Below, in pieces: positions 39,923-53,935 of a stretch of 64,000 bases of DNA. The stretch's first letter is position 1. Each line of letters opens with the position of its first letter. Location of the stretch: NCBI GenBank assembly GCA_964016885.1, contig OZ024748.1:51088001-51152000 (forward strand). The letters are read 5' to 3'. Source of the DNA: Eledone cirrhosa (Eukaryota). A model generated the notes under the pieces. It did no database searches. It was not told the origin of the DNA and worked only from the letters and a program-made list of their open reading frames with translations. Both the position numbers and the translations under genes were made by a program.

Positions 39923-40914
39923 AACAACAAATACACTCTTTTTCCATTAATTCATGGTGAAGAATTTATTAAAATTATTAATTATTTCATTACTTAGAAA
40001 GTAACTCAATATATGGTTATTATATACATTATGTTGGAAGATTTAATTTCAATAGGAAGCCATTAAAATGGGAAGTTTGGTTTCAATGAACCAGAGTTTG
40101 TTTTAATATCAAAAGTCAAATGCATGGGGGTGGAGGAGGACTGAGAAAAAAATAAATTTTTATAAATTAAAATTATAGTTTTAGTGAAAAATATCATTAA
40201 CTGCAAAGATAAATTGTAGCCATGAAATACAAGGGAGTTCACTTCAAAATTAGAATAAAATAATTGTTTCTACGTTTGGCACAAGGTCAGCAAATACCCA
40301 GTGCATCACTGGTACTTTCTTTTATTGACCCCGTAAGGATGAAAGGCAAAGTTAACCTCAATAATGAAGTGGAGACATTTATTTAGGACTAATTTCTTGG
40401 ATGGTTAACTGGTAACTTATTTTCTTGAATATCTATTGTAAATTTGGTTGGCAAGAAGAAGGGCATTTAGCTGATCTGACTTGTCTGACAACTCATCTAA
40501 CTCATGTTTATGTGGAAAAATGGATGTATGATGATGATGATGATGATGAGAGTACTAACCTCAATTACACATTGTGAACAAAACAAAACAAAGTCATGCA
40601 GCAAAGGAGGCATGGATTAGAGGAGGGTTTGTATTTAAAACTTTAGATACTATATTTCTGATAAAATACCCCTCCGTTTCTTAATTTTGTAAATAACCAA
40701 CAATGTGGTAGGATTTAGTAAAGTAACTGACCATAGTATTAAGTTGGTGTTGAGTACATAGCTTAATAAAATTATTCCTACACACATTATTTTTTATTTA
40801 AATATAGATAATTGAAAACAAGAGGTTTGTCATCATAAAACCTGGCATATTTGGGTGGGTCACTATCAAAATGTTTAAGAACGGCAGACAACTGGGATAA
40901 TTTTATCCTCCACT

Positions 40915-41310
40915 CATCATCCATCTTCTATTTAACATCCATCTTCCATGCTAGCATCGGTTGGACAGGCTGTCCCTTTGTGAGGGATCAGGTTGGGCGA
41001 CCATGATTCACTCACACAAAACTGAGTTTGGTTTGGTTTCTATGACTGGATGCCTTTACTAATGCCAACCACATTTACAATGTATGCTGGGTGCTTTTTG
41101 CAAGGTCACCTACACAACCACTTTACAGTGAAAGCTGGGTGGTTTTTGTCGTGACACCTACATGACCACTTTACAATGTGGACTGGGTGTTTTATGTTGT
41201 GACACCTATACAACCACTTTACAGTGTTGACTGGGTGCTCGCTTTTGTCATGACACCTACACGACCACTATACTGTGATCTGGGCTCTTTTGTCACGGCT
41301 CCAGGGGGGA
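40915..41310 (-). mobile_element. SINE-B-type 3' fragment with expanded tandem units
   Basis: About five accactttacagtg..ctgggtg..ttgtc.tgacacctac units, then the ctggatgcc motif and the ccatgctagc tail. Confidence 0.75.
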
Positions 41311-42136
41311 TCATTTTATAGAGGAGGTTGGAAACTTGAGATTATATAATTATAATTATATAATAATGGTTTTGGTCTTACTATTGCTGATGTATTTTAT
41401 CCTGTAGTTCAAGTAAACACACATCTTGCTCTGACCAAAGGTTCCACTGAAAACGTTAGATTTCACTCCTCATCACAGCTAAATAATTTATTCCAGTGTT
41501 TAAATGATTTGTATAAATACTATTTGCCAACATAGAACATTACTTGTTTCCTTGGATTCTACTGTTTCGCTAGAATTGCTAGATTAGTGATGGTCTACAT
41601 ATCTTGAAATGAATTGGAATTTTTTTTTAATGTGTGTTGTTTGTGGGGGTATGTTTGTGGGTGAGTGTATTTGTGTGGGTTTGTGTGTATATTTATGTGT
41701 TTGTGTGTGTTTTTGTATGTGTGCTTGAATATATGTTTGTAATTTTATGTGCGTTTGTATTTGTATGTGTTTGTATTTGTGTGTGTTTGTATGTGTTTGT
41801 ATTTGTGTGTGTTTGTATATGAGTGTGTGTGTATGTGCATTAGTGTTTCTTGAGATGAATTACAGATTAACTATTCAAGGGGGTGGAGTGGAGAAGGAAG
41901 TGAATGCAGTGTTCTTTTGTCAGAGAACACAGAAAAGAATGAATGAGGTTCTAATTTTGGCATCTGGCCCATTCGGCAACATAAACAACAAAATCACCTA
42001 CTAAAATAACAACAACAATGACAGCAATGATAGCAACAACAACATAAAAAGCCGCAATACCAATTAGTAAGAAACATTTCTGAGCATTAAGATATTCTAA
42101 TTAATGTCCACAGCCACATATATATGTATATATGTT

Positions 42137-42200
<64 letters not shown>

Positions 42201-43328
42201 GTTAGTGTCCAATATTCAACATACAGTATATATAAAGTTGGCTTAAAAGGAAATTAAAGCCAAGAAAGACATTATTTTTTTTTTTTTTAGTTTTTATGTT
42301 TTTGCCATCAGTGATTGATCGAGCTTTAGAGCTCAAAAACTCAATTCTTTGCCCGACCCACTTAACCTTTTGCACCACTAACACACAACAAAAACAACAA
42401 CAGCAGCATTTGCTATGACCACCTCTAACACAATCACTACTGACATCAACCACACACCCCCCAACACGAAGACCACCACCAATACTACTACCACCAGTAC
42501 AACTAAAACCACTATCATCGATACCACTATCACTACCAACATCGGCACCGCCATTATCACCGCAACCAACATCACCATTACCAATCTCACCACCACTATC
42601 ACTGCTACCAACATCAACACCACCATTATTACCGACCTCACCACTATAACAATCACCAACATCACTACTGCCACCATCATCACCACTGCCACCAACATCA
42701 TCACTGGCACTAACATCATCTCATCAACACTACCACAACCAGCATCATCACCACCACCACCACCAATAACATTACAACTATCATCACTACAACCATCATC
42801 ACCATCAACGTTTCTGGTGGTGGTGGTGATGGTTGTGATTCTATTTGAAATAGAGACTATTGTGGACTTTCATGTATGTTAAGAAATTTGGAGGTAGTCA
42901 TTTCAAATAGTTGTAGTTTAGTTGTTTAACCCCGGGATAGCAGCCCACATTCTATTGTTATATAATGAAAGGCTTATCATCTTTACTCTGTAGATCAAGG
43001 ACTGCACTGTCCAATGTTTTTATTTTGTTGCTGTTATTGTTTTTGCTTCATCATATTTCAGATAATAGTGTGAATTGAGGGAGGTTTGGCTGCTATTTCT
43101 AGTAGATGAAATGATTCTGTGTAATCAACTTAGCCACAGTTTCTTCTCTACCACAATAAATGTCGACAATAAAGGTGTTGATGGTGATATTGCTTGTTGT
43201 TGTTCTTTTGCCCAACTATTTAATCTTAATTGAAGAAATATACAATGAAAGTCATTCTAGCCATAATCGTATTGCCAGTTTTTACTCAGTTATAGTGTTT
43301 CAAGAATTACATTATCCAATATGTCCAA

Positions 43329-43593
43329 AGAGGCTCGGAGATCAGAGAGTCACACCAAATAGAACCGTTAATTCTCCGAATTGAGAGATCACAGTTTTCA
43401 TATTATCGATATGTGGTTAGAATGTCTCAGAAAAAGAATCACTGGACAGATCTTATGGGCAAAACTAACTGATGTAAGACCCAGGAGTAGACAACTAGCA
43501 AGATGATTGGATAACATCCATGAGCTTGGCTGGTCTTGTTTAGGGATCGAGCGAGATCAATTGGCGACAGGTGCATGTGACACGACCCTCTGG
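43329..43593 (+). mobile_element. Decayed RTE-clade (Expander/Rex3-like) LINE 3' fragment
   Basis: Translation EIRESHQIEPLILRIERSQFSYYRYVVRMS / ILWAKLTDVRPRSRQLAR*LDNIHELGWSCLGI resembles the EPLLLRIERSQLRW..RPRGRPRTRW..LAWERLG C-terminus; followed by (AAG)n. Confidence 0.75.
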
Positions 43594-44071
43594 AAGAAGA
43601 AGAAGAAGAAGAAGAAGAAGAAGAAGAAGAAGAAGAAGACGAGGAAGAAAGAAAAGAAGAAGACGAGGAAGAAAGAAAAGAAGAAGAGGAAGATAGAAAA
43701 GAAGAAGAGGAAGAAAGAAAAGAAAAGAGGAAGAAAGAAAAGAAGAAGAAAGAGAAGACAGAGAAGTAGAAGACAGAGAAGAAGAAGAAGAAGAAGAAGA
43801 AGAAGAAGAAGAAGAAGCAGCAGCAGCAGCAGAAGCAGCAGCAGGAGGAGGAGGAGGAGGAGGAGGAGTTCTTGAACTTTTAAGACAGTTGGCTTTGAAG
43901 TGAAATAGATTTGGCTTCTAATTCTTGCAATATAAAGTGACTGTAAAGCTGGGAAACGGCTATCACTATTGTTGTTGGTGTTGCTGTATTTTAGCACCAG
44001 GTCAGTTCTAATCAAGCACTCCTACCATGACCATCCTGCAAAACACCTGGAATCACATTATCTAACAATCT

Positions 44072-44262
44072 AGGGCGGTGAATTGACAGTATCGGTAGAG
44101 GGTCGGACGCCATGCTTTCCAGCCTAGTTACGTCCCTTTATAGTCTGAGTTCAAATCCCGTCGAGGTTGACTTTGCCTTTCATCCTTACGGGGGTCGATA
44201 AAATAAAGTACCAGTAATGCACTGGGTAATTGCTGACCTTGTGCCAAAAGTAGAAACAATTA
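44072..44262 (+). mobile_element. SINE-A with 15-bp TSD, inserted into another dispersed repeat
   Basis: attatctaacaatct at 44057 and 44259; host repeat relatives at ~7715-7900, 23430-23540, 42915-43110, 45160-45330. Confidence 0.9.
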
Positions 44263-44389
44263 TCTAACAATCTTCTTTTGAGATGGTAGTGTGCAATTTG
44301 AGGGTAATTTAGCTGCTCTACCAAGCACATCGACAGGCCATTTAGAGGTTACCCTATTGGCTCGACACTGAACTGTTGCTTATGTTGAT

Positions 44390-45125
44390 AGTGTAGGTGG
44401 TAGTGACAGTGGCACTGGTGGTGGTGTTCGTAGTGATGATGGTGGTGGTGGTAGTGGTGGTGGTTGGTGGTAGTGATGTTGGTGATAGCGATGGTGGTGG
44501 TAGTGATGGTGGCAGTGGTGGTGGTGGTGGTGATAGTGACAGTGGCACTGGTGGTGGTGTTTGTAGTGATGATGGTGGTGTAGTGGTGGTAGTGGTAGTA
44601 ATGGTGGTGTTTGGTGGTAGTGATGTTGGTGATAGCGATGGTGGTGGTAGTGATGGTGGCAATGGTGGTGGTGGTGACAGTGGCACTGATGGTGTTAGTG
44701 GTGGTGTGGTGGTGGTGGTGGTGGCGACGGTGGTAATGGCAGTGGTTGGTGGTAGTGATGATGGTGATAGCGATGTTGGTGGTAGTGATGGTGGCACTGG
44801 TGGTGGTGACAGTGACAGTGGCATTGATGGTGTTAGTGGTGGTGGTGGTGGTGGTGGTGGTGGTGGAGGAGGCGACGGTGGTAATGGTGGTGGTTGGTGG
44901 TAGTGATGATGGTGGTTGTGGTGGTGATAGTGACAGTGGCACTGGTGGTGTTAGTGGTGGTAGTGGTGGTGGAGGTGGTGGTAATGGTGGTGGTGGTGGT
45001 AATGGTGGTAGTTGGCGGTAGTGGTGATGGTAATGGTGGTGATGGTGGTGATGGTAATGGTAGTGGTGGTGGTGGTAGTGATGTTGATAGTAATGTTATT
45101 GGTTTAGTTATTTTTATTGAGGTTG
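44390..45125. repeat. Cryptic (GGT)n repeat with ~120-140 bp higher-order period
   Basis: Marker gtgacagtggca recurs near 44403, 44537, 44674, 44812, 44930. Confidence 0.85.
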
Positions 45126-45633
45126 GTGGTCAGTAAAGTATTAATCAAGGCCTTATAAATCTTGTAGTTTTTTTTAGCCCTAAGTCAATCACCATTGATC
45201 AGACCTATAGCCAAAAGTGTTCCAGCTATGACCATCCTGTCTTTTTTCTGTTTTTTATGAAAAGTATAGCTATTTCTTGTGTCCTTCCTTTTTAAATACA
45301 GTACAGTGCTATTTAAAGGAGATTTGGATAGTATGTCCAGCATGATGCATTGACCCATTGGTGGTGGTGGTGTTAGCAGTAGCAGATGTGATGGAGGTGG
45401 TTGCTTGCCGTAGTGGTGGTGGTAATGGTGGTGTTAGAGTTGATGGAGTATTCCTTCTTGAAAATTCTAGTAAAGAGCTAGCTAAGGGAGACAACAACAA
45501 CAAAAAGGATACCCAACCTTCTGCCCGGCTCCTTACCACCACTGCCACCACCACTACATCATTCATAATTTCTTCTCAACAACCATTCATGATATGAAAG
45601 CAGAGATGATGGCTGCTGAAGCTTGGATATATC

Positions 45634-45664
<31 letters not shown>

Positions 45665-45754
45665 GTAGGAAATGATGGAGTAGCAATGGATGATGATGAT
45701 GGTATGGTGGTGGTGGTGGTAGTAGTAGTGTGTTAGATGGGGAAAGAGGGACAA

Positions 45755-45810
45755 ATATATATATATGTATATATAAATATATATGCATACATGTATATGT
45801 ATGCATATAT

Positions 45811-45852
<42 letters not shown>

Positions 45853-45876
45853 AAAGTGGACATTAGACCATGATGA

Positions 45877-45945
<69 letters not shown>

Positions 45946-45970
45946 ATATATATATATATATATAAAATAT

Positions 45971-46027
<57 letters not shown>

Positions 46028-46094
46028 TATATATATAATATATATATATATATAATATATATATATATATATAAAATATATATATATATAATAT

Positions 46095-46148
<54 letters not shown>

Positions 46149-46171
46149 ATATATATAAAATATATATATAT

Positions 46172-46214
<43 letters not shown>

Positions 46215-46227
46215 ATATATATAAAAT

Positions 46228-46290
<63 letters not shown>

Positions 46291-46307
46291 ATATATATAT
46301 TATATAG

Positions 46308-46347
<40 letters not shown>

Positions 46348-46348
46348 G

Positions 46349-46386
<38 letters not shown>

Positions 46387-46410
46387 GTTATATATATATA
46401 TATATAACTA
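45755..46410. repeat. (TA)n field
   Basis: Directly visible. Confidence 0.97.
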
Positions 46411-46514
46411 TACATTGTTAGCAGCAGAATATCAGATATAATTGACATGTCTCCTTGATGGCATATGATGCAGCAGATATTTAGAAAGGATATGAGGATG
46501 TAAAAAAAAAATAG

Positions 46515-47070
46515 CAGTGGTGGTGGTGGTGTTGGTGTTGGTGGTGCTGATGGTGGGGTGGTGGTGGTGGTGGGGGGTGATAGTAATGGTGGTGGTTGGG
46601 GGTGATGATGATGGTGGTGATGATGATGGTGGTAATGGTGAAGATGATGGTGATGTTGGTGTTGGTGGTAGTGGTGATGGTGGCGCTGATGGTAGTGGTG
46701 GTGGTGGTGATGAGGGTGGTGGTGGTGGTAATGATGATAATGAGAATGGTGATGACAGCAGTGCTGGTGATGATGGTAATGATGATTGTGATGGTGATGA
46801 TGATGATGATGCTCCTGCTGCTGCTGATGGTAATGAAGATGAATATAATGGTGATGCTGGTAATGGTGATGAAGATGATCATGTCTATGTTGGTGGTGAT
46901 GATGATAATGATACTGATGGCAATGATGATGGTGACAATGATGGTGATGGTGGGGATGGTGGTAATGGTGGTGAAGATGATGATTATGGTTGTGGTGGGG
47001 AGGATACTGATGACAATGTTGTTGATGATGATGATGATGATAATGACGTTGATGGTGATGGTGATGGATA
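46515..47070. repeat. Cryptic (GAT/GGT)n repeat
   Basis: Directly visible. Confidence 0.9.
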
Positions 47071-47369
47071 TAAAAGGGGGGGGGGGCAATGGTCAGAAAT
47101 AGAGAGAAAGAGATAAAGAAGCTGTAGGAGGTGTGTGTGTGTGATGGGGAGGGGTGGGGAGGTGGGAGTTTGATAAGAAAGGAATAAAAAGGAAAGAAAG
47201 TAGAGTGTGTATGGGAAGAGGGTTGGGATGGGGGGGTGGGGGGATGGGGGGTGCCGGTGGGGTGGGGGTTTGGAGAATGTTTCCAGAAAAGAAAAGTCTG
47301 TAGACCAGTAGTCCAATATCGGAAATGAGTCACATGGTTAAATATCTGCAACTACTTTGTCTATTCAGG

Positions 47370-47405
<36 letters not shown>

Positions 47406-47467
47406 TTCTGTCTGTCTGTCCGTCCGTCTGTCTGTTTGTCTGTCTGTCTGTTTGTCTGTTTGTCTGG

Positions 47468-47498
<31 letters not shown>

Positions 47499-47504
47499 AC
47501 GGTG

Positions 47505-47545
<41 letters not shown>

Positions 47546-47590
47546 GGAAGTTTGTCAATTCATCTGTCTGTATGGCTGGCTGTCTGTCAG
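47370..47590. repeat. (TCTG)n microsatellite
   Basis: Directly visible. Confidence 0.95.
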
Positions 47591-47627
47591 GGCTGTTTGC
47601 TGTGCAGTGGCCTGGTCTGGTGTTGAG

Positions 47628-50340
47628 AATAGGTAGGTAGGTAATTAGGTGATGGGAGGGGGAGTGTGGTTGGGTGGGGGGTATGGAGGTAGGTAGGTAG
47701 GTAATTAGGTGATGGGAGGGGGAGTGTGGTTGGGTGGGGTGTAGGGAGGTAGGTAGGTAGGTAATTAGGTGATGGGAGGGGGAGTGTGGTTGGGTGGGGG
47801 GTATGGAGGTAGGTAGGTAGGTAATTAGGTGATGGGAGGGGGAGTGTGGTTGGGTGGGGGGTATGGAGGTAGGTAGGTAGGTAATTAGGTGATGGGAGGG
47901 GGAGTGTGGTTGGGTGGGGGGTATGGAGGTAGGTAGGTAGGTAATTAGGTGATGGGAGGGGGAGTGTGGTTGGGTGGGGGGTATGGAGGTAGGTAGGTAG
48001 GTAATTAGGTGATGGGAGGGGGAGTGTGGTTGGGTGGGGGGTATGGAGGTAGGTAGGTAGGTAATTAGGTGATGGGAGGGGGAGTGTGGTTGGGTGGGGG
48101 GTATGGAGGTAGGTAGGTAGGTAATTAGGTGATGGGAGGGGGAGTGTGGTTGGGTGGGGGGTATGGAGGTAGGTAGGTAGGTAATTAGGTGATGGGAGGG
48201 GGAGTGTGGTTGGGGTGGGGTGTAGGGAGGTAGGTAGGTAGGTAATTAGGTGATGGGAGGGGGAGTGTGGTTGGGTGGGGGGTATGGAGGTAGGTAGGTA
48301 GGTAATTAGGTGATGGGAGGGGGAGTGTGGTTGGGGTGGGGTGTAGGGAGGTAGGTAGGTAGGTAATTAGGTGATGGGAGGGGGAGTGTGGTTGGGGTGG
48401 GGGGTATGGAGGTAGGTAGGTAGGTAATTAGGTGATGGGAGGGGGAGTGTGGTTGGGGTGGGGTGTAGGGAGGTAGGTAGGTAGGTAATTAGGTGATGGG
48501 AGGGGGAGTGTGGTTGGGGTGGGGGGTATGGAGGTAGGTAGGTAGGTAATTAGGTGATGGGAGGGGGAGTGTGGTTGGGGTGGGGTGTAGGGAGGTAGGT
48601 AGGTAGGTAATTAGGTGATGGGAGGGGGAGTGTGGTTGGGGTGGGGGGTATGGAGGTAGGTAGGTAGGTAATTAGGTGATGGGAGGGGGAGTGTGGTTGG
48701 GGTGGGGTGTAGGGAGGTAGGTAGGTAGGTAATTAGGTGATGGGAGGGGGAGTGTGGTTGGGGTGGGGGGTATGGAGGTAGGTAGGTAGGTAATTAGGTG
48801 ATGGGAGGGGGAGTGTGGCTGGGGTGGGGTGTAGGGAGGTAGGTAGGTAATTAGGTGATGGGAGGGGGAGTGTGGTTGGGGTGGGGTGTAGGGAGGTAGG
48901 TAGGTAGGTAATTAGGTGATGGGAGGGGGAGTGTGGTTGGGGTGGGGGTATGGAGGTAGGTAGGTAGGTAGGTAATTAGGTGATGGGAGGGGGAGTGTGG
49001 TTGGGGTGGGGGTACGGAGGTAGATAGGTAGGTAATTAGGTGATGGGAGGGGGAGTGTGGTTGGGGTGGGGGGTATGGAGGTAGATAGGTAGGTAATTAG
49101 GTGATGGGGGGAGTGTGGTTGGGGTGGGGGGTATGGAGGTAGACGGGTAGGTAATTAGGTGATGGGAGGGGGAGTGTGGTTGGGGTGGGGGGTATGGAGG
49201 TAGGTAGGTAGGTAATTAGGTGATGGGAGGGGGAGTGTGGTTGGGGTGGGGTGTAGGGAGGTAGGTAGGTAGGTAGGTAATTAGGTGATGGGAGGGGGAG
49301 TGTGGTTGGGGTGGGGGGTATGGAGGTAGATAGGTAGGTAATTAGGTGATGGGGGGAGTGTGGTTGGGGTGGGGGGTATGGAGGTAGACGGGTAGGTAAT
49401 TAGGTGATGGGAGGGGGAGTGTGGTTGGGGTGGGGGGTATGGAGGTAGGTAGGTAATTAGGTGATGGGGGGGAGTGTGGTTGGGTGGGGGGTAGGGAAGA
49501 TGATAGGTAGGTAATTAGGTGATGGGGGGAGTGTGGTTGGGTGTGGGGTATGGAGGTAGATAGGTAGGTAATTAGGTGATGGGGGGTGTGGTTGGGTGGG
49601 GGGTAGGGAGGAAGATAGGTAGGTAATTAGGTGATGGGGGGAGTGTGGTTGGGGTGGGGTGTATGGAGGTAGATAGGTAGGTAATTAGGTGATGGGAGGG
49701 GGAGTGTGGTTGGGGTGGGGGGTATGGAGGTAGGTAGGTAATTACGTGATGGGAGGGGGAGTGTGGTTGGGGTGGGGGTAGGGAGGTAGGTAGGTAGGTA
49801 ATTAGGTGATGGGAGGGGGAGTGTGGTTGGGGTGGGGGTAGGGAGGTAGGTAGGTAATTAGGTGATGGGAGGGGGAGTGTGGTTGGGTGGGGGGTAGGGA
49901 GGAAGATAGGTAGGTAATTAGGTGATGGGAGGGGGAGTGTGATTGGGGTGGGGGGTATGGAGAGGGTAGGTAATTAGGTAATTAGGTGATGGGAGGGGGA
50001 GTGTGGTTGTGGTGGGGGGTATGGAGGTAGGTAGGTCGGTAATTAGGTGATGGGAGGGGGAGTGTGGTTGGGGCGGGGGTAGGGAGGTAGATAGGTAGGT
50101 AATTAGGTGATGGGAGGGGTGTGTGTTTGGGGTGGGGGGTATGGAGGTAGATAGGTAGGTAATTAGGTGATGGGAGGGGGAGTGTGGTTGGGGAGGTGGG
50201 TAGAGAGGTAGATAGGTAGGTAACTAGATGATAGGAGGAGGGGTGTAGTTGGGGATGGGGGTAGAGAAGTAGGTAGGTAGGTAACTAGGTGATAGGATGG
50301 GGGGTGGGTGTAGTTGGGTGGGAGGTAGGGAGGTAGGTAG
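47628..50340. repeat. G-rich 60-61 bp minisatellite, roughly 45 copies
   Basis: Unit gtaattaggtgatgggagggggagtgtggttgggtgggggtatggaggtaggtaggtag(g); exact 60-bp register from 47641 to 48180. Confidence 0.97.
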
Positions 50341-50645
50341 GGAGGTAGGTAATTAGGTAGAGCTTAGGTAGATAGGGGGATAGAGAGGGAAGAGATAGGT
50401 ATATATGTGTGTGGGTAGGGAAGTAGGAAGGGAGAGAGGTAGTTAGCCTGGTCAACCTATAGCCTGGTATGGTGTTGTTGACAGGTATATGGGTGGGGAG
50501 GGAAGTAGAGAGCAGTGAGGGAGTGGGAATGGGAAGTAGGTAGGTAGGTAGGTAGGTAGGTAGGTAGGTAGGTAGGAAAGTAGGAATATGTCAAACCACC
50601 AAACTGTTACTTATTGATCTGCAAGCCCTCTCTGTTTCTATTTAA

Positions 50646-51860
50646 TTATACTACTTTGTATGACTGTCTGACTGTATGTCACTCTGTATATCTGTCTGTT
50701 ATACTACTCTGTATGACTGTCTGACTGTATGTCACTCTCTATATCTGTCTGTTATACTACTCTCTATGACTGTCTGACTGTATGTCACTCTCTATATGTG
50801 TCTGTTATACTACTCTCTATGACTGTCTGACTGTATGTCACTCTCTATATCTGTCTGTTATACTACTCTGTATGACTGTCTGACTGTATGTCACTCTCTA
50901 TATGTGTCTGTTATACTACTCTCTATGACTGTCTGACTGTATGTCACTCTCTATATGTCTGTTATACTACTCTCTCTGACTGTCTGACTGTATGTCACTC
51001 TCTATATCTGTCTGTTATACTACTCTGTATGACTGTCTGACTGTATGTCACTCTCTATATCTGTCTGTTATACTACTCTCTCTGACTGTCTGACTGTATG
51101 TCACTCTCTATATCTGTCTGTTATACTACTCTCTATGACTGTGTGACTGTATGTCACTCTCTATATCTGTCTGTTATACTACTCTGTATGACTGTCTGAC
51201 TGTATGTCACTCTCTATATCTCTCTGTTATACTACTCTGTATGACTGTCTGACTGTATGTCACTCTCTATATCTCTCTGTTATACTACTCTGTATGACTG
51301 TCTGACTGTATGTCACTCTCTATATGTGTCTGTTATACTACTCTCTATGACTGTCTGACTGTATGTCACTCTCTATATCTGTCTGTTATACTACTCTGTA
51401 TGACTGACTGTATGTCACTCTCTATATCTGTCTGTTATACTACTCTGTATGACTGTCTGACTGTATGTCACTCTCTATATGTGTCTGTTATACTACTCTG
51501 TATGACTGTCTGACTGTATGTCACTCTCTATATCTGTCTGTTATACTACTCTGTATGACTGTCTGACTGTATGTCACTCTCTATATCTCTCTGTTATACT
51601 ACTCTGTATGACTGTCTGACTGTATGTTACTCTCTATATCTGTCTGTTATACTACTCTGTATGACTGTCTGACTGTATGTCACTCTCTATATCTGTCTGT
51701 TATACTACTCTGTATGACTGTCTGACTGTATGTCACTCTCTATATCTGTCTGTTATACTACTCTGTATGACTGTCTGACTGTATGTCACTCTCTATATCT
51801 CTCTGTTATACTACTCTCTATGACTGTCTGACTGTATGTCACTCGCTATATCTGTCTGTG
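50646..51860. repeat. 53-bp minisatellite, roughly 23 copies
   Basis: Unit gttatactactctgtatgactgtctgactgtatgtcactctctatatctgtct (starts at 50698, 50751...). Confidence 0.97.
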
Positions 51861-52471
51861 AGGCAATGAATTGACAAATTGTTAGAATGTCAGAGAGAAT
51901 GCTTTGTCGTCTTTCGTCCAGCTCCCTGTGCCCTAAGTTCAAATCCTGCTAGGATCAACTTTGTCTTTCATCCATTCAAGTTCGATAAAAAAAATACCAG
52001 TCTAGTACTGGGGTCGAATCTCCCTCTATATCGCTTTCTCACTTCTATCTATCCTTGTCTCTTATTCTCTGGAAGAAATCTGCTGTCTTAAAACCTGTGA
52101 AGAAGATGGATTCCAGTGTTTCAAAAAATTTGCCTTATAGGTGCCTTGTGTCAATACAGTGCCCCAACAATCTCCCCAGCCCCGGGGAGTGATGGGACCA
52201 TACATACATAACTGTCTGTGAGGTAGTGAATTGACAAGTTGTTAGATTATCAGATACTCCTTTATGGTATTTGTTCTGGCTCTCTGTGTGCTGAGATCAA
52301 ATCCTGTCAAGGTCAACCTTGCTTTTATCCTTTCAAGGTTGATAGAAAAAATACCAATTCATTATTGGTGACAATTCTTCCACTATATCTCTATGACTCT
52401 CTCTCTCTCTCTTCACAGAACCAGATTGATTGTGTTTCGACATGGGGAGAGATAGGCTGTGTCAGGTTTAA

Positions 52472-52692
52472 CCCTTTAGCATTTATATTACTCTATATTT
52501 ACTATTGTATTTTCACTGTAAAGGCTTTATCTTACATAATTATCTCACATAAGAACAAACTTATGACATTTTGACGTTATTTATTTGGAGAACAATAACT
52601 TTACATTGGTATGAGAGGTTGATTATGGCTGGTTTGAACAGAAATAGGTGAGATAATTCTGGCCAGATATGGCTGGTTTAAATGTTAAAGGG
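52472..52692 (+). mobile_element. piggyBac-type MITE
   Basis: TTAA|ccctttagcattta ... taaatgttaaaggg|TTAA (13/14 TIR match, TTAA TSD); other copies at 33184 and ~60935-61155 (reverse). Confidence 0.8.
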
Positions 52693-53555
52693 TTAAAGTA
52701 CTCAGGACATGCATGTCATTATTGATTCCTTACAAGTCTATCAGTTCGTATGGTTCCATACATACATGTCTATCATGTCGATCTGACTATTTGTCTGAAG
52801 GTACGTAACTTAGTAGTTAAGGGGTTTAGTAATAATGATGATGATGATGATGATGATGATATATATACCGATTGTGTTATTTCTGTTTACCTTTTACATA
52901 CATAAATACATACATACATACATACATCTTGAGAAGCTAGGCTTCACGGGAACAGAAAGAACACAACCAGTTATGAAACTACAAGTACAATCCATTAATG
53001 GAACAGTAAAAATATGTAAAACATTCCAAAAAATTTGCATCTAATAACTGCATATTCACATGTACAGATACAAAGCATATACACATGCACACATACAATA
53101 ACATCCATATCTACACATGCATGCATACATACATATCTACCTAGTTGATGAGTAAATTCCAATGAGAGAGTCTTGTGTCTATGTTAGAAACTGACTCTCT
53201 CTCTATTGGTAAAACTTTGTGAAATTATAAAACCAGAAGAACATACATATATATGTATATATGTATATATATAGTAGGTGATTCAAAAGATTTGTGGTTT
53301 AGGATGGTATCAATATTAGCATACGATGCTTTAGCAGAGATTAAGAAGAAAAAAGATAAGGTTTCATATTTAGATTTTATTGAGATTCTTATTTTGTTTG
53401 ATTAACAAGTCTGATGAGTAGATTATGGATGGAGTCAGGTATATAACACGAATATGGATCCTGAGCCAACCATCTGTGAAACGTTTGTAACTGAGTTTAA
53501 CAAAAAAACCTCAATATGAAACCTTGTCTTGTAATTAATATATATATTAATATAT

Positions 53556-53935
53556 ATGGCTTAGTGGTTAGAGCATTGGCCTTGCAATCGAAAGGTTGTG
53601 AGTTCAATTCTCAGACCAGGTGATGTGTTGTTTCCTTGAGCAAGATATTTTATTTCACATTGCTCCAGTTTACTCAGCTGTAGAAATGAGATGATAAGGA
53701 CTGGGGTCCCTATCATTCCACTGCAAAGTGGATGTGTAGGCGCCACAGCAAAAAAGCACCCAGCCCACACTGTAAAGTGGACGTGTAGGCGCCACGGAAA
53801 TAAAACACCCAGCACTCATTGTAAATGAGGTTGGTGTGAGGAAGGGCATCCAGCTGTAGAAATCAAGCCAGAATCAGTTCCCATCCCACCCTTGCAAGCA
53901 GGGAAAAAGCAGATGTAAAATGACATTAAATGAAA
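53556..53935 (+). mobile_element. SINE-B
   Basis: Close relative of 33606-34000. Confidence 0.9.

Noticed and set aside
43507-44015. Lys/Arg-rich protamine-like ORF
   Set aside because: An RTE fragment running into (AAG)n/(AGC)n/(AGG)n microsatellites.
42378-47351. His/Thr/Pro/Gly/Asp-rich ORFs resembling mucins or His-rich structural proteins
   Set aside because: Cryptic trinucleotide repeats open in several frames on both strands, with no signal peptide or splice context.
47628-50340. Telomeric or interstitial telomeric repeat
   Set aside because: Only one TTAGG per 60-bp unit; no tandem TTAGGG.
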